NCBI GenBank assembly: GCA_051251855.1
Contig: JBPOGI010000002.1
Location: 608,001 to 672,000, forward strand
Reading direction: 5' to 3'
From: Roseibacillus sp.
GTDB taxonomy: Bacteria; Verrucomicrobiota; Verrucomicrobiia; Verrucomicrobiales; Akkermansiaceae
Length of the DNA stretch: 64,000 bases
Shown: piece by piece, positions 49,156 through 58,476 of the stretch
Layout: every line of letters starts with the position of its first letter
Numbering within the stretch: position 1 is the stretch's first letter
Made by a program: the position numbers and the translations under genes
Notes under the pieces: model-generated
Seen by the model: only the letters and a program-made list of their open reading frames with translations
Told to the model about the DNA's origin: nothing
Database searches by the model: none

Positions 49156-50304
49156 TTATGAGAGTTGTTCGGCGATGGCGTCGACGAGGAGGGAGCCATC
49201 GCGGGTGAGGATAAGGTGGGTGTCGGTTAGGTTGGCGAGATTGTTCTCGAGTAGTAGGTCGAGTTTGGTTTCTTTGGGGAGGTAGTGGAGGGGGAGGCCG
49301 GTGTCGGTGCGAAGGAGAAGGGCAATGCGTTCGAGGTTGTATTGCTCTTCGGTGAGGTGCTCGGTGTCGTGCATCGCGTGACCGACGGTGTTGATTTGCT
49401 GAATGTAGGCGGCGGTGTCGGGGGTGTTTTTCCAGCGAGTGGCATGGGGGTGGTTTGACGGGGTTGGTGGGGCGGACTGAAGTTCGCGCTCCGTTAGGGT
49501 TGAGACGGCGGAGGGACCGAGGCCGAGGTAGTCGCGGCCCTCCCAGTAGCTTTGGTTGTGTTTGGAGTGGTGGCCGGGAGTGGCATAGTTGGAGGTTTCG
49601 TAATGACGGAATCCGGATGCTGTTAGAGTTTCGTGAGCGAGGGTAAAGAGGCGGGCGTTGAGGTCGGGGTCGTCGCTGAGTTCGCCTTTTTGAAATTGGT
49701 CGAAGTAGGCGGTGTCTTCCTCGTAGGTGAGATTGTAGCAGGAGATGTGGTCGGGTTTGAGAGCGAGGGCTTGGGTGAGGTTGTTGGCCCAGGATTCTTC
49801 CGTTTGGTGAGGGACGGAGAACATGAGGTCGAGGTTACAGGAGGGGATTTTTGCTTCGCGCAGGAGGGCGAAGGATTCGGCGGCGGCTTGGGCGGTGTGG
49901 TCACGACCGAGGGCTTTGAGCTCGTTGGCTTGGAAGGATTGAATGCCGAGGGAGACGCGGGTGATGCCGAGTTCGCGGAAGAGTTGGGCTTTGGGGAGAT
50001 GGAAGGTGGAGGGGTTGGCTTCGAGGTCGATTTCTTCGAGGGGGGAGAAGTCGAAGATGTCGCGTAGGCCGGTGAAGAGGTGGGTGAGGTGCTTCTCGGA
50101 GAGCAGAGAGGGGGTGCCGCCGCCGAGGTAGACGGTGCGGAGGGGGCGATTGAGCTTTTCGCTGTGGTGACGGGCTTCAGTGAGGAGGGCGTCGATGAAG
50201 GCGGTGAAGTCGGTGTTGCCAGGGGTGTGTTTGTAGAAGGAGCAGTAGGGGCAGATCTTGTGACAGAAGGGGAGGTGGAGGTAGAGGGAGAGTGGTTCGG
50301 GCAC
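49156..50304 (-). CDS. hemW: Radical SAM heme chaperone HemW
   Basis: LYLHLPFCHKICPYCSF, GGGTPS, HISCYNLT, YETSNY and HN..YW motifs. Confidence 0.93.
   Translation of the reverse strand: MPEPLSLYLHLPFCHKICPYCSFYKHTPGNTDFTAFIDALLTEARHHSEKLNRPLRTVYLGGGTPSLLSEKHLTHLFTGLRDIFDFSPLEEIDLEANPSTFHLPKAQLFRELGITRVSLGIQSFQANELKALGRDHTAQAAAESFALLREAKIPSCNLDLMFSVPHQTEESWANNLTQALALKPDHISCYNLTYEEDTAYFDQFQKGELSDDPDLNARLFTLAHETLTASGFRHYETSNYATPGHHSKHNQSYWEGRDYLGLGPSAVSTLTERELQSAPPTPSNHPHATRWKNTPDTAAYIQQINTVGHAMHDTEHLTEEQYNLERIALLLRTDTGLPLHYLPKETKLDLLLENNLANLTDTHLILTRDGSLLVDAIAEQLS
49472..49492 (-). repeat. REP-like palindrome inside hemW (GGAGC-GCGAACT-TC-AGTCCGC)
   Basis: GGAG foot plus 7-bp hairpin with 1 mismatch, within an apparent in-frame insertion. 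Confidence 0.65.
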
Positions 50305-50420
50305 GGGGTGGGGTGATTCGTTGTTGGCTATGGGTTATTGGGTGGGGGGATTTTTGAACAGAAGAAAGGTGAAGGAGTGGGGGTGGGAGGACGGAGAGGG
50401 ATGGACGGGGTTGGACTTTT

Positions 50421-50460
50421 TCAACGCAGAGGCGCAGAGGACGCGGAGTGAACACAGAGG
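50421..50460 (+). repeat. Short degenerate tandem repeat, (A)CGCAGAGG units
   Basis: acgcagagg cgcagagg acgcggagt gaacacagagg in the hemW/squalene synthase intergenic region. Confidence 0.55.
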
Positions 50461-50495
50461 ACGAACTGGTGGGGATTTTGAGTTTTTTTAGGACT

Positions 50496-50520
50496 GGAGC
50501 GGCGGCCTTTATTGCCGCCG
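50496..50520 (+). repeat. REP-like palindrome GGAG-CGGCGGC-ctttatt-GCCGCCG
   Basis: GGAG foot followed by a perfect 7-bp hairpin. Confidence 0.6.
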
Positions 50521-50648
50521 GGGATGATTTGGCTGAATGGGAGGGCTTACGGGTGGATAGGAGCTGAGTGGACAGAGCTTTGGTTTTTGAGTTTTTGATG
50601 ATTCGGTTTTTGAAGTCCGGGGTGGGTGTGGTTAGTTTGTGGCTGAGA

Positions 50649-51542
50649 ATGGCTGGGACGACAAAGGAAGAGTTGGGTAGGGATGTGCTGCGGGATGTGT
50701 CGCGGTCGTTCTATTTGACGCTGCGGGCGTTACCGTCGGGGATGCGGGAGGCGACGAGTGTGGGGTATTTGTTGGCGCGGGCGAGTGATACCATTGCGGA
50801 CTGTGGGGGGGAGCGTGCGATGAGGTTGGGGTTGTTGGAGGACTTTCGAGTGTTGATTGAGGGTGGGGAGAAGGAGGGTTTTTTTGAGGAGGCGGCGTTG
50901 ATTGCGGATGAGGAGGGGGTGAAGGAGGGGGAGCGGGTGTTGATGCGGCGGTTGGAGGAGGTGTTTCTGTGGTGGCAGATGTTGGCGGACCATGAGCGGG
51001 GGGCAGTGAGGGAGGTGGTGTTGACCATCATTTCGGGTCAGGTTTGGGATTTGGAGAAGTTTCCGGAGGGAGAGGTGGTGACTTTGACCGATGCAGAGGA
51101 GGCGGAGGAGTATTGTTATCGCGTGGCGGGGTGTGTGGGGGAGTTTTGGACGGAGGTGGGGTTCGGGAGTGATGAAAAATTTGCGAACAAGTCGAAGGAG
51201 AATATGAGGGCGTTGGGGAAGAATTATGGCAAGGGATTGCAGTTGGTGAATATTTTGCGGGATGAGGTGGAGGATGAGGAACGGGGGCGACGGTATTTGC
51301 CGGGGGATCGGGAGGATTGGCTGAAGAAGGCGCGCGGTTTTTTGGAGGATGGCTTGACCTACTCGCGTGCGGTGCGGGGGAGGCGGGCGCGGATGGCGAC
51401 GGTGTTGCCAGCCTTGATCGGATTGAAGACGATTGATTTGTTAGAGCGGGCTTCGAGAGAGGATTTGACAAAGGGAGTGAAGGTGGGGCGCAAGGTGGTG
51501 AAACGGTGTCTGTTGGAGGCGATGTTTTTTAAGAAGGCGTGA
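50649..51542 (+). CDS. Squalene/phytoene synthase family protein
   Basis: LRDVSRSFYLTL, YLLARASDTIAD, YCYRVAGCVG and GLQLVNILRD motifs. Confidence 0.9.
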   Translation: MAGTTKEELGRDVLRDVSRSFYLTLRALPSGMREATSVGYLLARASDTIADCGGERAMRLGLLEDFRVLIEGGEKEGFFEEAALIADEEGVKEGERVLMRRLEEVFLWWQMLADHERGAVREVVLTIISGQVWDLEKFPEGEVVTLTDAEEAEEYCYRVAGCVGEFWTEVGFGSDEKFANKSKENMRALGKNYGKGLQLVNILRDEVEDEERGRRYLPGDREDWLKKARGFLEDGLTYSRAVRGRRARMATVLPALIGLKTIDLLERASREDLTKGVKVGRKVVKRCLLEAMFFKKA

Positions 51543-54500
51543 TGAAGAAGTGGTTGGTGCGAGCGGATACAGGAGGGACCTTTACCGATGGTTGGGCAAT
51601 GAATCCTGATGGGGTGGAGAGGCGGTGTAAGGTGTTGTCGAGTGGATGTGTGCGGGCTGAGGTGAAAGAGGAGTTGGGCGAGGGGCGATTGCGCTTGGCT
51701 GGATTGGAGGGCTTTGGAGATTCCTTTTTTGAGGGGTGGACCTTGAATGGGATACTTGTGGTGAGCCAGCTGAAGGGTGTTTTTACTTTAGAGAGATCGG
51801 TCGAGGGTCTTGCGATGATTGAGTTGAGGACGGGGGAAGAGGCTCCGGTAGTGGCGGCACGAATTTTAACGGGGACACGGATGGGGGAGGGGTTTCCTGA
51901 GATGGACTTTCGGGTGGCGACGACGCGGGGGACGAATGCGTTGTTGGAGGGAGAGGGGACGGAGCCGGTATTGTTTGTGACGAAGGGATTTGGGGACTTG
52001 CCGGTGATTCGGGATCAGCGGAGGCCGGAGTTGTTGGCAAGAGTGATTGTGAAGGAGGCTCCCATTACGAGTAAGGTAGTGGAGGTGTCGGGTCGGCAGG
52101 CTGTGTCGGGGGAAGAGTTGGTGGCGCTTGATGAGGAAGGGCTGCGTCAAGTGGGTCGGGAGTGGGTGGCGCGTGGAGAGACAGTGGCGGTGGTGGCGTT
52201 ACTTCATGCGGATCGTTTTCCGGCAATGGAGTTGCGGGTGAAGGAGGTTTTGATGGAGGAGGGCTTCTTGGAGGTGACTGCTTCGGCGGAGTTAAGTGCG
52301 CGGATGGGGTTCTTGGGGCGGATGGAGACGGGGTTGGCGAATGGGTATTTGGGGCCGGTGATGAATGGGTTTAAGGGACGGGTTTCGGAGATGGGAGAAG
52401 TTTCATTTCTGACGAGTGCGGGGAGTTTGCAGCTCGGGGAGGAGTATGAGCCGGTGGATAGTCTGCTGAGTGGTCCAGCGGGTGGTTTAGTGGGGGCTCT
52501 GGAGGTCGCGAAGGGGGCGGGGATCGAACGAGTGTTGACCTTCGATATGGGGGGGACGAGCACGGATGTAGCGCGCTTGGAGGGGGCGATACCGTTGCGC
52601 TATGAGCAGGCGATTGGGCCAGTGCGGGTATTGAGGCCTGGGGTGAAGATGGAGACGGTGGCGGCGGGAGGAGGGTCGATTTGCCGATGGCATCAGGGTG
52701 GTTTGGAAGTGGGTCCGCAGAGTGCAGGGGCGGATCCGGGGCCGGCCTGTTATGGGCGTGGGGGGCCGTTGACGGTGACCGATGTGAACTTTTTGTTAGG
52801 GAATTTGGATGAGGAACGGGTGGAGATTCCGCTCTCACGGGAGGCTGCGAAGGAGAGGTTTGCGGAGCTGAAGTGGGAGATGGTGGCTGCGGGGGCGGAG
52901 GTGCCGGAGGATGAAGAATTGTTGCGCGGGCTGCGGGCGATTGCGGTGGAGCGGATGGCGGAGGCAGTGCGGTCGATTTCGGTGGGAGAGGGATTTGAGC
53001 CGGCGGATTATGCCTTGGTGGCTTTTGGGGGAGCGGGTCCGCAGCATGCTTGTGAGTTGGCAGAGAGTTTGGGGGTGTCGCGTGTTTTGGTGCCGAGGGA
53101 TGCGGGTTTGTTGAGTGCCTGGGGCTTGCATCGCTCGCGGCGAGAGGGCGTGGTGGAGGAGCAGGTCTTGCAGGCGATGGACGATTTGCAGAAGGGATGG
53201 GAAGTGCGGTTGGGAAAGTTGGCTGAGGAGGCTCTCAAAAAGGTTGAAGGCGGGAAGGTTTCGCGTTGGTTGATTGAGGTTCGAGTGGTGGGGCAAGCTT
53301 CGGCAATTGAGATGGAGAGTGCGGGGGCTGAGGTTCCGGGGTTGTTGAGAGTGAAAGGGGATTTTGAAAAGAAATACGAGCAGTTGTTTGGCTATGAGTG
53401 TCCGGTGGGGCATGCACTGGAAGTTGTGATGGTGCGCGTGATTGCGAGTGAGGAGCAGGGTTTGGAGAAGGAGGAAAGATTCGGAGAAGGGCAGGAGGTG
53501 CGGGGGCTTTTGAGGGCAAACTATTGCACTATTTTGGCGGGAGAAGGTTGGCACTGTCGGGAGGGAGATAGTGGGAGTCTTTTGTTAGAAAAAGTGGAGG
53601 TGAGTGAGGCGGTGGTTCGGGACGGGGCGGTGGGTGAGGAGTTGATGCGGGCTCGCTTTGAGAGCATTGCGGAGAGTATGGGCGAGCTGTTGCGGCGGAC
53701 GGCTCTTTCGACGAATGTGAAGGAGCGTTTGGACTTCTCCTGTGCGCTGTTAGATGGCGAGGGAAGGCTGTTAGTGAATGCGCCGCACATCCCGGTGCAC
53801 TTGGGCGCGTTGGGAGTTTGTGTCAGGAAGGTGTCGGAAGGTCGGGTTTGGCGAGAGGGTGATGTGGTGGTGGTGAATCACCCGGGGTTTGGTGGGTCGC
53901 ACTTGCCGGATGTGACGGTGGTGAGTCCGGTCTTTGGTGAGGGAAAAGAGGTGGTGGCTTTTGTAGCGAACCGAGCGCATCACTCGGAGATTGGCGGGAA
54001 GGCTCCGGGGTCGATGCCTGGGGATGCGGCGTGTTTGGAGGAAGAGGGGGTGGTGATTGCGCCTCAATTGTTGGTGGATGCGGGGGAGGAGCGTTTTGGA
54101 GAGGTGGAGGCGGTTCTGAGTGCGGCGAAGTATCCCAGTCGAGCGGTGGCGGAGAATGTGGCGGACTTGCGGGCGCAGGTGGCTTCGAGCCGTTCGGGAG
54201 TGTTGGCGATGCAGGGGTTGTTGGGTCAGTTTGGGGAAGAGAAGGTGATGGGAGGGATGCGGTCGCTTTTTGAGCGGGCGGAGGGATTGATGAGGGTGCG
54301 ATTGGAGGAAGAAGGGGAGTGGAAGGCTGAGGATTGCTTGGATGACGGCACTGCGGTGGAGGTGAATATGGTGTGTCGCGAGGGCTTTTTGGAGGTGGAC
54401 TTTCGCGGGAGTGCGGCGGCTCATGCGGGCAATCTGAATGCGACCGAGGGGGTGACTCGGAGTGCGGTGTTGTATGCACTGCGGCTTTGGTTGGATGAGG

Positions 54501-55144
54501 ATTTGCCGCTGAACGAGGGTTTGCTTTCGCGGGTGAGGATTCTTGCAGAGGGGACTTTTTTGCAGCCTGAGTTTAGTGAAGATTTGTCTGCGTGTCCGGC
54601 GGTGGTGGGTGGGAATGTCGAGACCAGTCAAAGGATTGTGGAAGTGATGTTGAGGGCGCTGGGATTGAGTGCGGAGAGTCAGGGGACGATGAATAATTTT
54701 CTCTTCGGAAACGAGAGGTTTGGCTACTATGAGACCATTGGGGGAGGTTCAGGTGCAACAAATGGTTCGGATGGTGCGAGTGGGGTTCATGTTCATATGA
54801 CGAATACTGCCATCACGGACCCGGAGGTGCTGGAATATCGTTTTCCGGTGCGACTGCGTCAGTTTGCCTTGCGAAGAGGGAGTGGGGGTGCCGGAAAATA
54901 TCGGGGTGGGGATGGTCTGGTCAGGGAGTTTGAGTTTTTAGAGGAGATGACGGTGACCTTACTCACCCAGAGGCGGACGGTTGGGCCGAAAGGTTTTGAT
55001 GGCGGGAATGACGGGACGCATGGCCAACAGTTTGTGTGGGAAGATGGAAAGTGGAAGGCGTTGCCGGGGAGTGCTTCTTTCAATGCCTTCGAAGGTGAGC
55101 GCATCAAGATAGAAACGCCAGGTGGCGGAGCTTGGGAGGGATGA
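51539..55144 (+). CDS. Fused hydantoinase A/B, ATP-dependent 5-oxoprolinase family
   Basis: DTGGTFTD, ATTRGTNALL, SGPAGG, DMGGTSTD, NVKERLDFSC, HIPVHLG, GGSHLPD and ETPGGG motifs. Confidence 0.93.
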   Translation: MMKKWLVRADTGGTFTDGWAMNPDGVERRCKVLSSGCVRAEVKEELGEGRLRLAGLEGFGDSFFEGWTLNGILVVSQLKGVFTLERSVEGLAMIELRTGEEAPVVAARILTGTRMGEGFPEMDFRVATTRGTNALLEGEGTEPVLFVTKGFGDLPVIRDQRRPELLARVIVKEAPITSKVVEVSGRQAVSGEELVALDEEGLRQVGREWVARGETVAVVALLHADRFPAMELRVKEVLMEEGFLEVTASAELSARMGFLGRMETGLANGYLGPVMNGFKGRVSEMGEVSFLTSAGSLQLGEEYEPVDSLLSGPAGGLVGALEVAKGAGIERVLTFDMGGTSTDVARLEGAIPLRYEQAIGPVRVLRPGVKMETVAAGGGSICRWHQGGLEVGPQSAGADPGPACYGRGGPLTVTDVNFLLGNLDEERVEIPLSREAAKERFAELKWEMVAAGAEVPEDEELLRGLRAIAVERMAEAVRSISVGEGFEPADYALVAFGGAGPQHACELAESLGVSRVLVPRDAGLLSAWGLHRSRREGVVEEQVLQAMDDLQKGWEVRLGKLAEEALKKVEGGKVSRWLIEVRVVGQASAIEMESAGAEVPGLLRVKGDFEKKYEQLFGYECPVGHALEVVMVRVIASEEQGLEKEERFGEGQEVRGLLRANYCTILAGEGWHCREGDSGSLLLEKVEVSEAVVRDGAVGEELMRARFESIAESMGELLRRTALSTNVKERLDFSCALLDGEGRLLVNAPHIPVHLGALGVCVRKVSEGRVWREGDVVVVNHPGFGGSHLPDVTVVSPVFGEGKEVVAFVANRAHHSEIGGKAPGSMPGDAACLEEEGVVIAPQLLVDAGEERFGEVEAVLSAAKYPSRAVAENVADLRAQVASSRSGVLAMQGLLGQFGEEKVMGGMRSLFERAEGLMRVRLEEEGEWKAEDCLDDGTAVEVNMVCREGFLEVDFRGSAAAHAGNLNATEGVTRSAVLYALRLWLDEDLPLNEGLLSRVRILAEGTFLQPEFSEDLSACPAVVGGNVETSQRIVEVMLRALGLSAESQGTMNNFLFGNERFGYYETIGGGSGATNGSDGASGVHVHMTNTAITDPEVLEYRFPVRLRQFALRRGSGGAGKYRGGDGLVREFEFLEEMTVTLLTQRRTVGPKGFDGGNDGTHGQQFVWEDGKWKALPGSASFNAFEGERIKIETPGGGAWEG

Positions 55145-55652
55145 TTCTTTTTCGAAGAGGAGGTGGGGACGGCTTGATGAAGGAACTTGAATTCTTAGAG
55201 GCAGCGACGGTGACGATTCTAATCCAGCCGAGGAACCAAGGGTCCCGAGGTTTTTCTGGAGGCGGCGATGTCTCATCCTAAGAGTGTTTCCATGAGGGGG
55301 AGGTGAAGGTGATCGTTCGAAATCGAAGAGTTTGAATAAAGAGTTGTGACTTATTCGTCACGGATTGTGAGGAGGGTGTTTCTTCACGGGGAATTGGAGG
55401 TGATTTTTAGAAAAGTTTTCCGGGCCGCGTTTGACCTAAAGAGTTCCTTCAGAGAGGGGTTAAGAATTCGCGTTTTCTTGAGCCTCGGGAAACTTTCTTA
55501 AGGCTGAGGCGGGAGGCACGGAATGTGCAGTGACTCTCGCGAAGTTGTCGAAGTTTATTCCTTGTGCGAACGAGTCAATGAACCAAACGATTTCGAGGGG
55601 ACGACATTAAACAAACGCCAAGTAAACCAATTAATGATAACCAATAATAACT

Positions 55653-56459
55653 ATGAAAAGGAATTACAGTTTAGTGCTCCCCGCATTGGGAGTCTGTGCG
55701 CTCAGCACTTCAATTGCTACAGCAGCATCCACCCTCGACGTCGATGGAAATCTACCAGCAGCAGCTGATGGAAGTACGACGACCTTGGCTGACGGCACGA
55801 CCTTAACGCTCACAGAATATGCAGGAGGGCCCGCAGGTGGATTGGGGAGCATTTACCCGAACACCTCCGCTTCTGATTTTGACTTTGGCTCGTCTTCTCC
55901 GGGTGTGGGAAACTGGGGTTTTATAGCCCTTGAGGTGACCTTCGGCACAGACTTTGGCGTCAGTGGCGATGGGTTGGTCTCTGCAGCGGATTTCGAACTG
56001 GGAGTTTCCAGTCTGAACGGTTCATCCAACTGGTATGAGTGGGGTTTCATTGACCTTGAGGGGCCAGGTGGTTCGATCACCGTTGCAGACGTGCAGTCCT
56101 ACCTTGGAGTGTCCTCGAACTATACTGCTGTCGATCCTACTACTGAGATCGGAACGGTATTGGGAGCGAATGCTGCCAACGATGAGCATAACAATGGGGG
56201 CGCTGGTGGCTCTTCTGGCTCTGGGCCATCTAATGATGTTTGGAATAATACTGATTTCGGGCTCGATCCTGAGGAGGCGATTTCAGGTTTTACCTTTTAC
56301 TATGGGGCCGTGACTTCTGATAGCCGTTCCTCCAGCCCTGGTGCGAGTATTGCAAACTTTGAAGACGCGATGACGACTCAGGCCGTTATTCCAGAGCCTT
56401 CTTCTTTCGCGCTTCTTGCTTTGGCTGGGATGTCTCTTTTCGGGATCCGTCGTCGATAA
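55653..56459 (+). CDS. PEP-CTERM sorting domain protein
   Basis: Signal peptide; C-terminal IPEPSSFALLALAGMSLFGIRRR. Confidence 0.93.
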   Translation: MKRNYSLVLPALGVCALSTSIATAASTLDVDGNLPAAADGSTTTLADGTTLTLTEYAGGPAGGLGSIYPNTSASDFDFGSSSPGVGNWGFIALEVTFGTDFGVSGDGLVSAADFELGVSSLNGSSNWYEWGFIDLEGPGGSITVADVQSYLGVSSNYTAVDPTTEIGTVLGANAANDEHNNGGAGGSSGSGPSNDVWNNTDFGLDPEEAISGFTFYYGAVTSDSRSSSPGASIANFEDAMTTQAVIPEPSSFALLALAGMSLFGIRRR

Positions 56460-56483
56460 AGTAGGCTACTTTTTTAATTCTTT

Positions 56484-56513
56484 AAAACGGGGAGGTTTTC
56501 ACCTCCTCGTTTT
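56484..56513 (+). terminator. Intrinsic terminator after the PEP-CTERM gene
   Basis: AAAACGGGGAGGT-TTTC-ACCTCCTCGTTTT. Confidence 0.8.
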
Positions 56514-56688
56514 GTTGAGTGGCCTCTTCGAATTAGGCTTAAGATTCCCTCAAGGGTATGAGATTGGCAGCAGAACTTGGATGGATGGCGCTTTGTATAG
56601 AATTGCAGCGTTGTTTTTTGGAGTTGGCTTGCTGACGATGGTGATTGATTGGAGAGTTTCCTTTTAATAATTTTATGGTTCAACTATT

Positions 56689-58047
56689 TTGAAAATTCTA
56701 GGTGGCAACCTCAACTTTGCGCTTCCCCTCATTTCACCGGGTCTCGCTCTTGAACTCTTTCGTCGTGCGTTTGGCTGTATTTTTTTTCTTCAGATTATTT
56801 CGGAATATTTGAAGGGAGAACTTATTACCAAGTGGTTTCCTCCGACAGTCCGGCTCCCGCCAGATTTTCTTACTTGGCTCCCGCGAATTCCCCCCACTAT
56901 TGGATTTATTGTTTTGTCAGCGGCAAGCCTTTGGCTGGCCTTTGGAAGGCAGCACCGGATTCCGGCTCTCATTATTGCGGTTGTTTGGGGAAATCTCTTG
57001 GCCACTGACCGGTTTGTTTTTCTCAATCACTACTACCTCATTTTTCTTTTCGCTTCGATTTTGGCTTTCTGTCCGAAGAGAGCATTAGGATCGAATGCGC
57101 AGATTGAGACGTCTGTGGTCTGGCTTTACCTCTTTCGCTTTCAGGTCGCGCTTCCTTATTTCTTTGGCGGTTTCAATAAGCTTCATCGCGATTGGCTGGT
57201 GCGCGCTGAACCGATGGTTGACTGGATGAAGAATCACGAAATCAACTTCTTCCAAGAGGCTGTGGCTTCGGTGCCAGCGCTACCGATATGGATCAGTCGG
57301 TCGGGGACGATCTTTGATCTCTTGATTATTCCTCTTCTTCTTTACTGGAGAACAAGGTTCATCGCTTTTGGGTTTGCTCTAGCCTTTCATCTCTTCAACG
57401 GGATTTTTTTCAACTTGGGAATTTTTCCTCTTCTTATGGTGGCATCGTTAGTCTTGTTTCTTCCGCTGAAGGGGAAGTCCGATGAAATGGAGAAGAGGAA
57501 TGAGAAAAGGCCGTGGAAGATGCTATTTGCGACCCTCTCTCGAGGAGGCCAATCCTTTTGTATCGTTCTCATTGTTAGTCAGATTCTATTACCCCTGCGA
57601 CACTGGTTTGCCCCAGGATGGGTCCTCTGGAATGATATTGCGGCCAATCCTTCTTGGCAGTTGAAGCCCAAGCGTCTGACGACCTTTAAATTTTTTAAGG
57701 CGCGAAATCCGAACACCGGAGAAGAGTGGAAGATCGATCTCTCAGAGTTTTTAACACCTTGGCAAGTCAATCGGCTAGCGACTCCGGGGGACTATCGTGC
57801 CTTTGCGAGATACTACTCACAGGCTTACGAAAGGAAGCATGGTCAGCCACTTGAGGTCTACGTGATTGCCTTGAGGGGTCTCAATGGGAGGGAGCCGATT
57901 CCTCTGGTGGATCCTAGGGTCGATCTTGCGGTTTCTCGGCCAGCGGCGCAGGGAAGTTGGGTGCTTCCGTTTTTTGAGAGTCACTATCCTTGGAAGGTTG
58001 GAGATCCAATTACTGGAGTGTCTTCATCTTCGAATGGAAAGCTGTAG
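56689..58047 (+). CDS. HTTM-domain, vitamin K-dependent gamma-carboxylase-like membrane protein
   Basis: FLNHYYL, RFQV..YFFGG..KL..DW, FHLFN...LGIFP, PLRH...SW and LNGR...L.DP.VDL motifs; start uncertain (TTG). Confidence 0.85.
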   Translation: MKILGGNLNFALPLISPGLALELFRRAFGCIFFLQIISEYLKGELITKWFPPTVRLPPDFLTWLPRIPPTIGFIVLSAASLWLAFGRQHRIPALIIAVVWGNLLATDRFVFLNHYYLIFLFASILAFCPKRALGSNAQIETSVVWLYLFRFQVALPYFFGGFNKLHRDWLVRAEPMVDWMKNHEINFFQEAVASVPALPIWISRSGTIFDLLIIPLLLYWRTRFIAFGFALAFHLFNGIFFNLGIFPLLMVASLVLFLPLKGKSDEMEKRNEKRPWKMLFATLSRGGQSFCIVLIVSQILLPLRHWFAPGWVLWNDIAANPSWQLKPKRLTTFKFFKARNPNTGEEWKIDLSEFLTPWQVNRLATPGDYRAFARYYSQAYERKHGQPLEVYVIALRGLNGREPIPLVDPRVDLAVSRPAAQGSWVLPFFESHYPWKVGDPITGVSSSSNGKL

Positions 58048-58227
58048 AGTACGAAGTCGTTCATGGGTAGTGAGGCTGAAGGATAGTTTTTGCCTTGCAC
58101 TGGAAGACCTTTGCCAGAACCTGATGCGAAGAGGGAACTCAAAAATTGATCTTGAGAGTCCACCTTTCAATGAGGGCCCACATTATTCTCTTCCTTTTGC
58201 TGAGCTCTAAAAAGGAAAGAGAAGGAA

Positions 58228-58302
58228 TGGTGCTCGGTGCGGGATTTGAACCTGCGACCCCTACAATGTCAATGTAGTGCTCTACCCCTGAGCTAACCGA
58301 GC
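58228..58302 (-). tRNA. tRNA-Val(GAC)
   Basis: Reverse complement GCTCGGTTAGCTCAGGGGTAGAGCACTACATT-GAC-ATTGTAGGGGTCGCAGGTTCAAATCCCGCACCGAGCA-CCA; cloverleaf with encoded CCA. Confidence 0.97.
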
Positions 58303-58476
58303 GTTCCTTTCGGGGCGGGGAAGCTATGAGGATCTGAGGGCTCTGGCAATGTCTTTTTGTGCAGAAGTTGAGAAATTGTGGCGAGAGGCGCAGAGGGCGA
58401 TCTTTTCTTGGAAATTATGTGGGGTTTGGGAAAACATGATAGACGTACGAAAGGATTCCCGTTAGTGGTATTCATT

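Noticed and set aside
56780..56787. T8 tract in the HTTM gene as a phase-variation switch
   Set aside because: A short tract expected from Ile-Phe-Phe codons in a T-rich TM segment; the frame is intact
55145..58227. Integrative element or prophage at tRNA-Val
   Set aside because: No integrase and no duplicate of the tRNA 3' end seen in the window; kept only as a compositional islet
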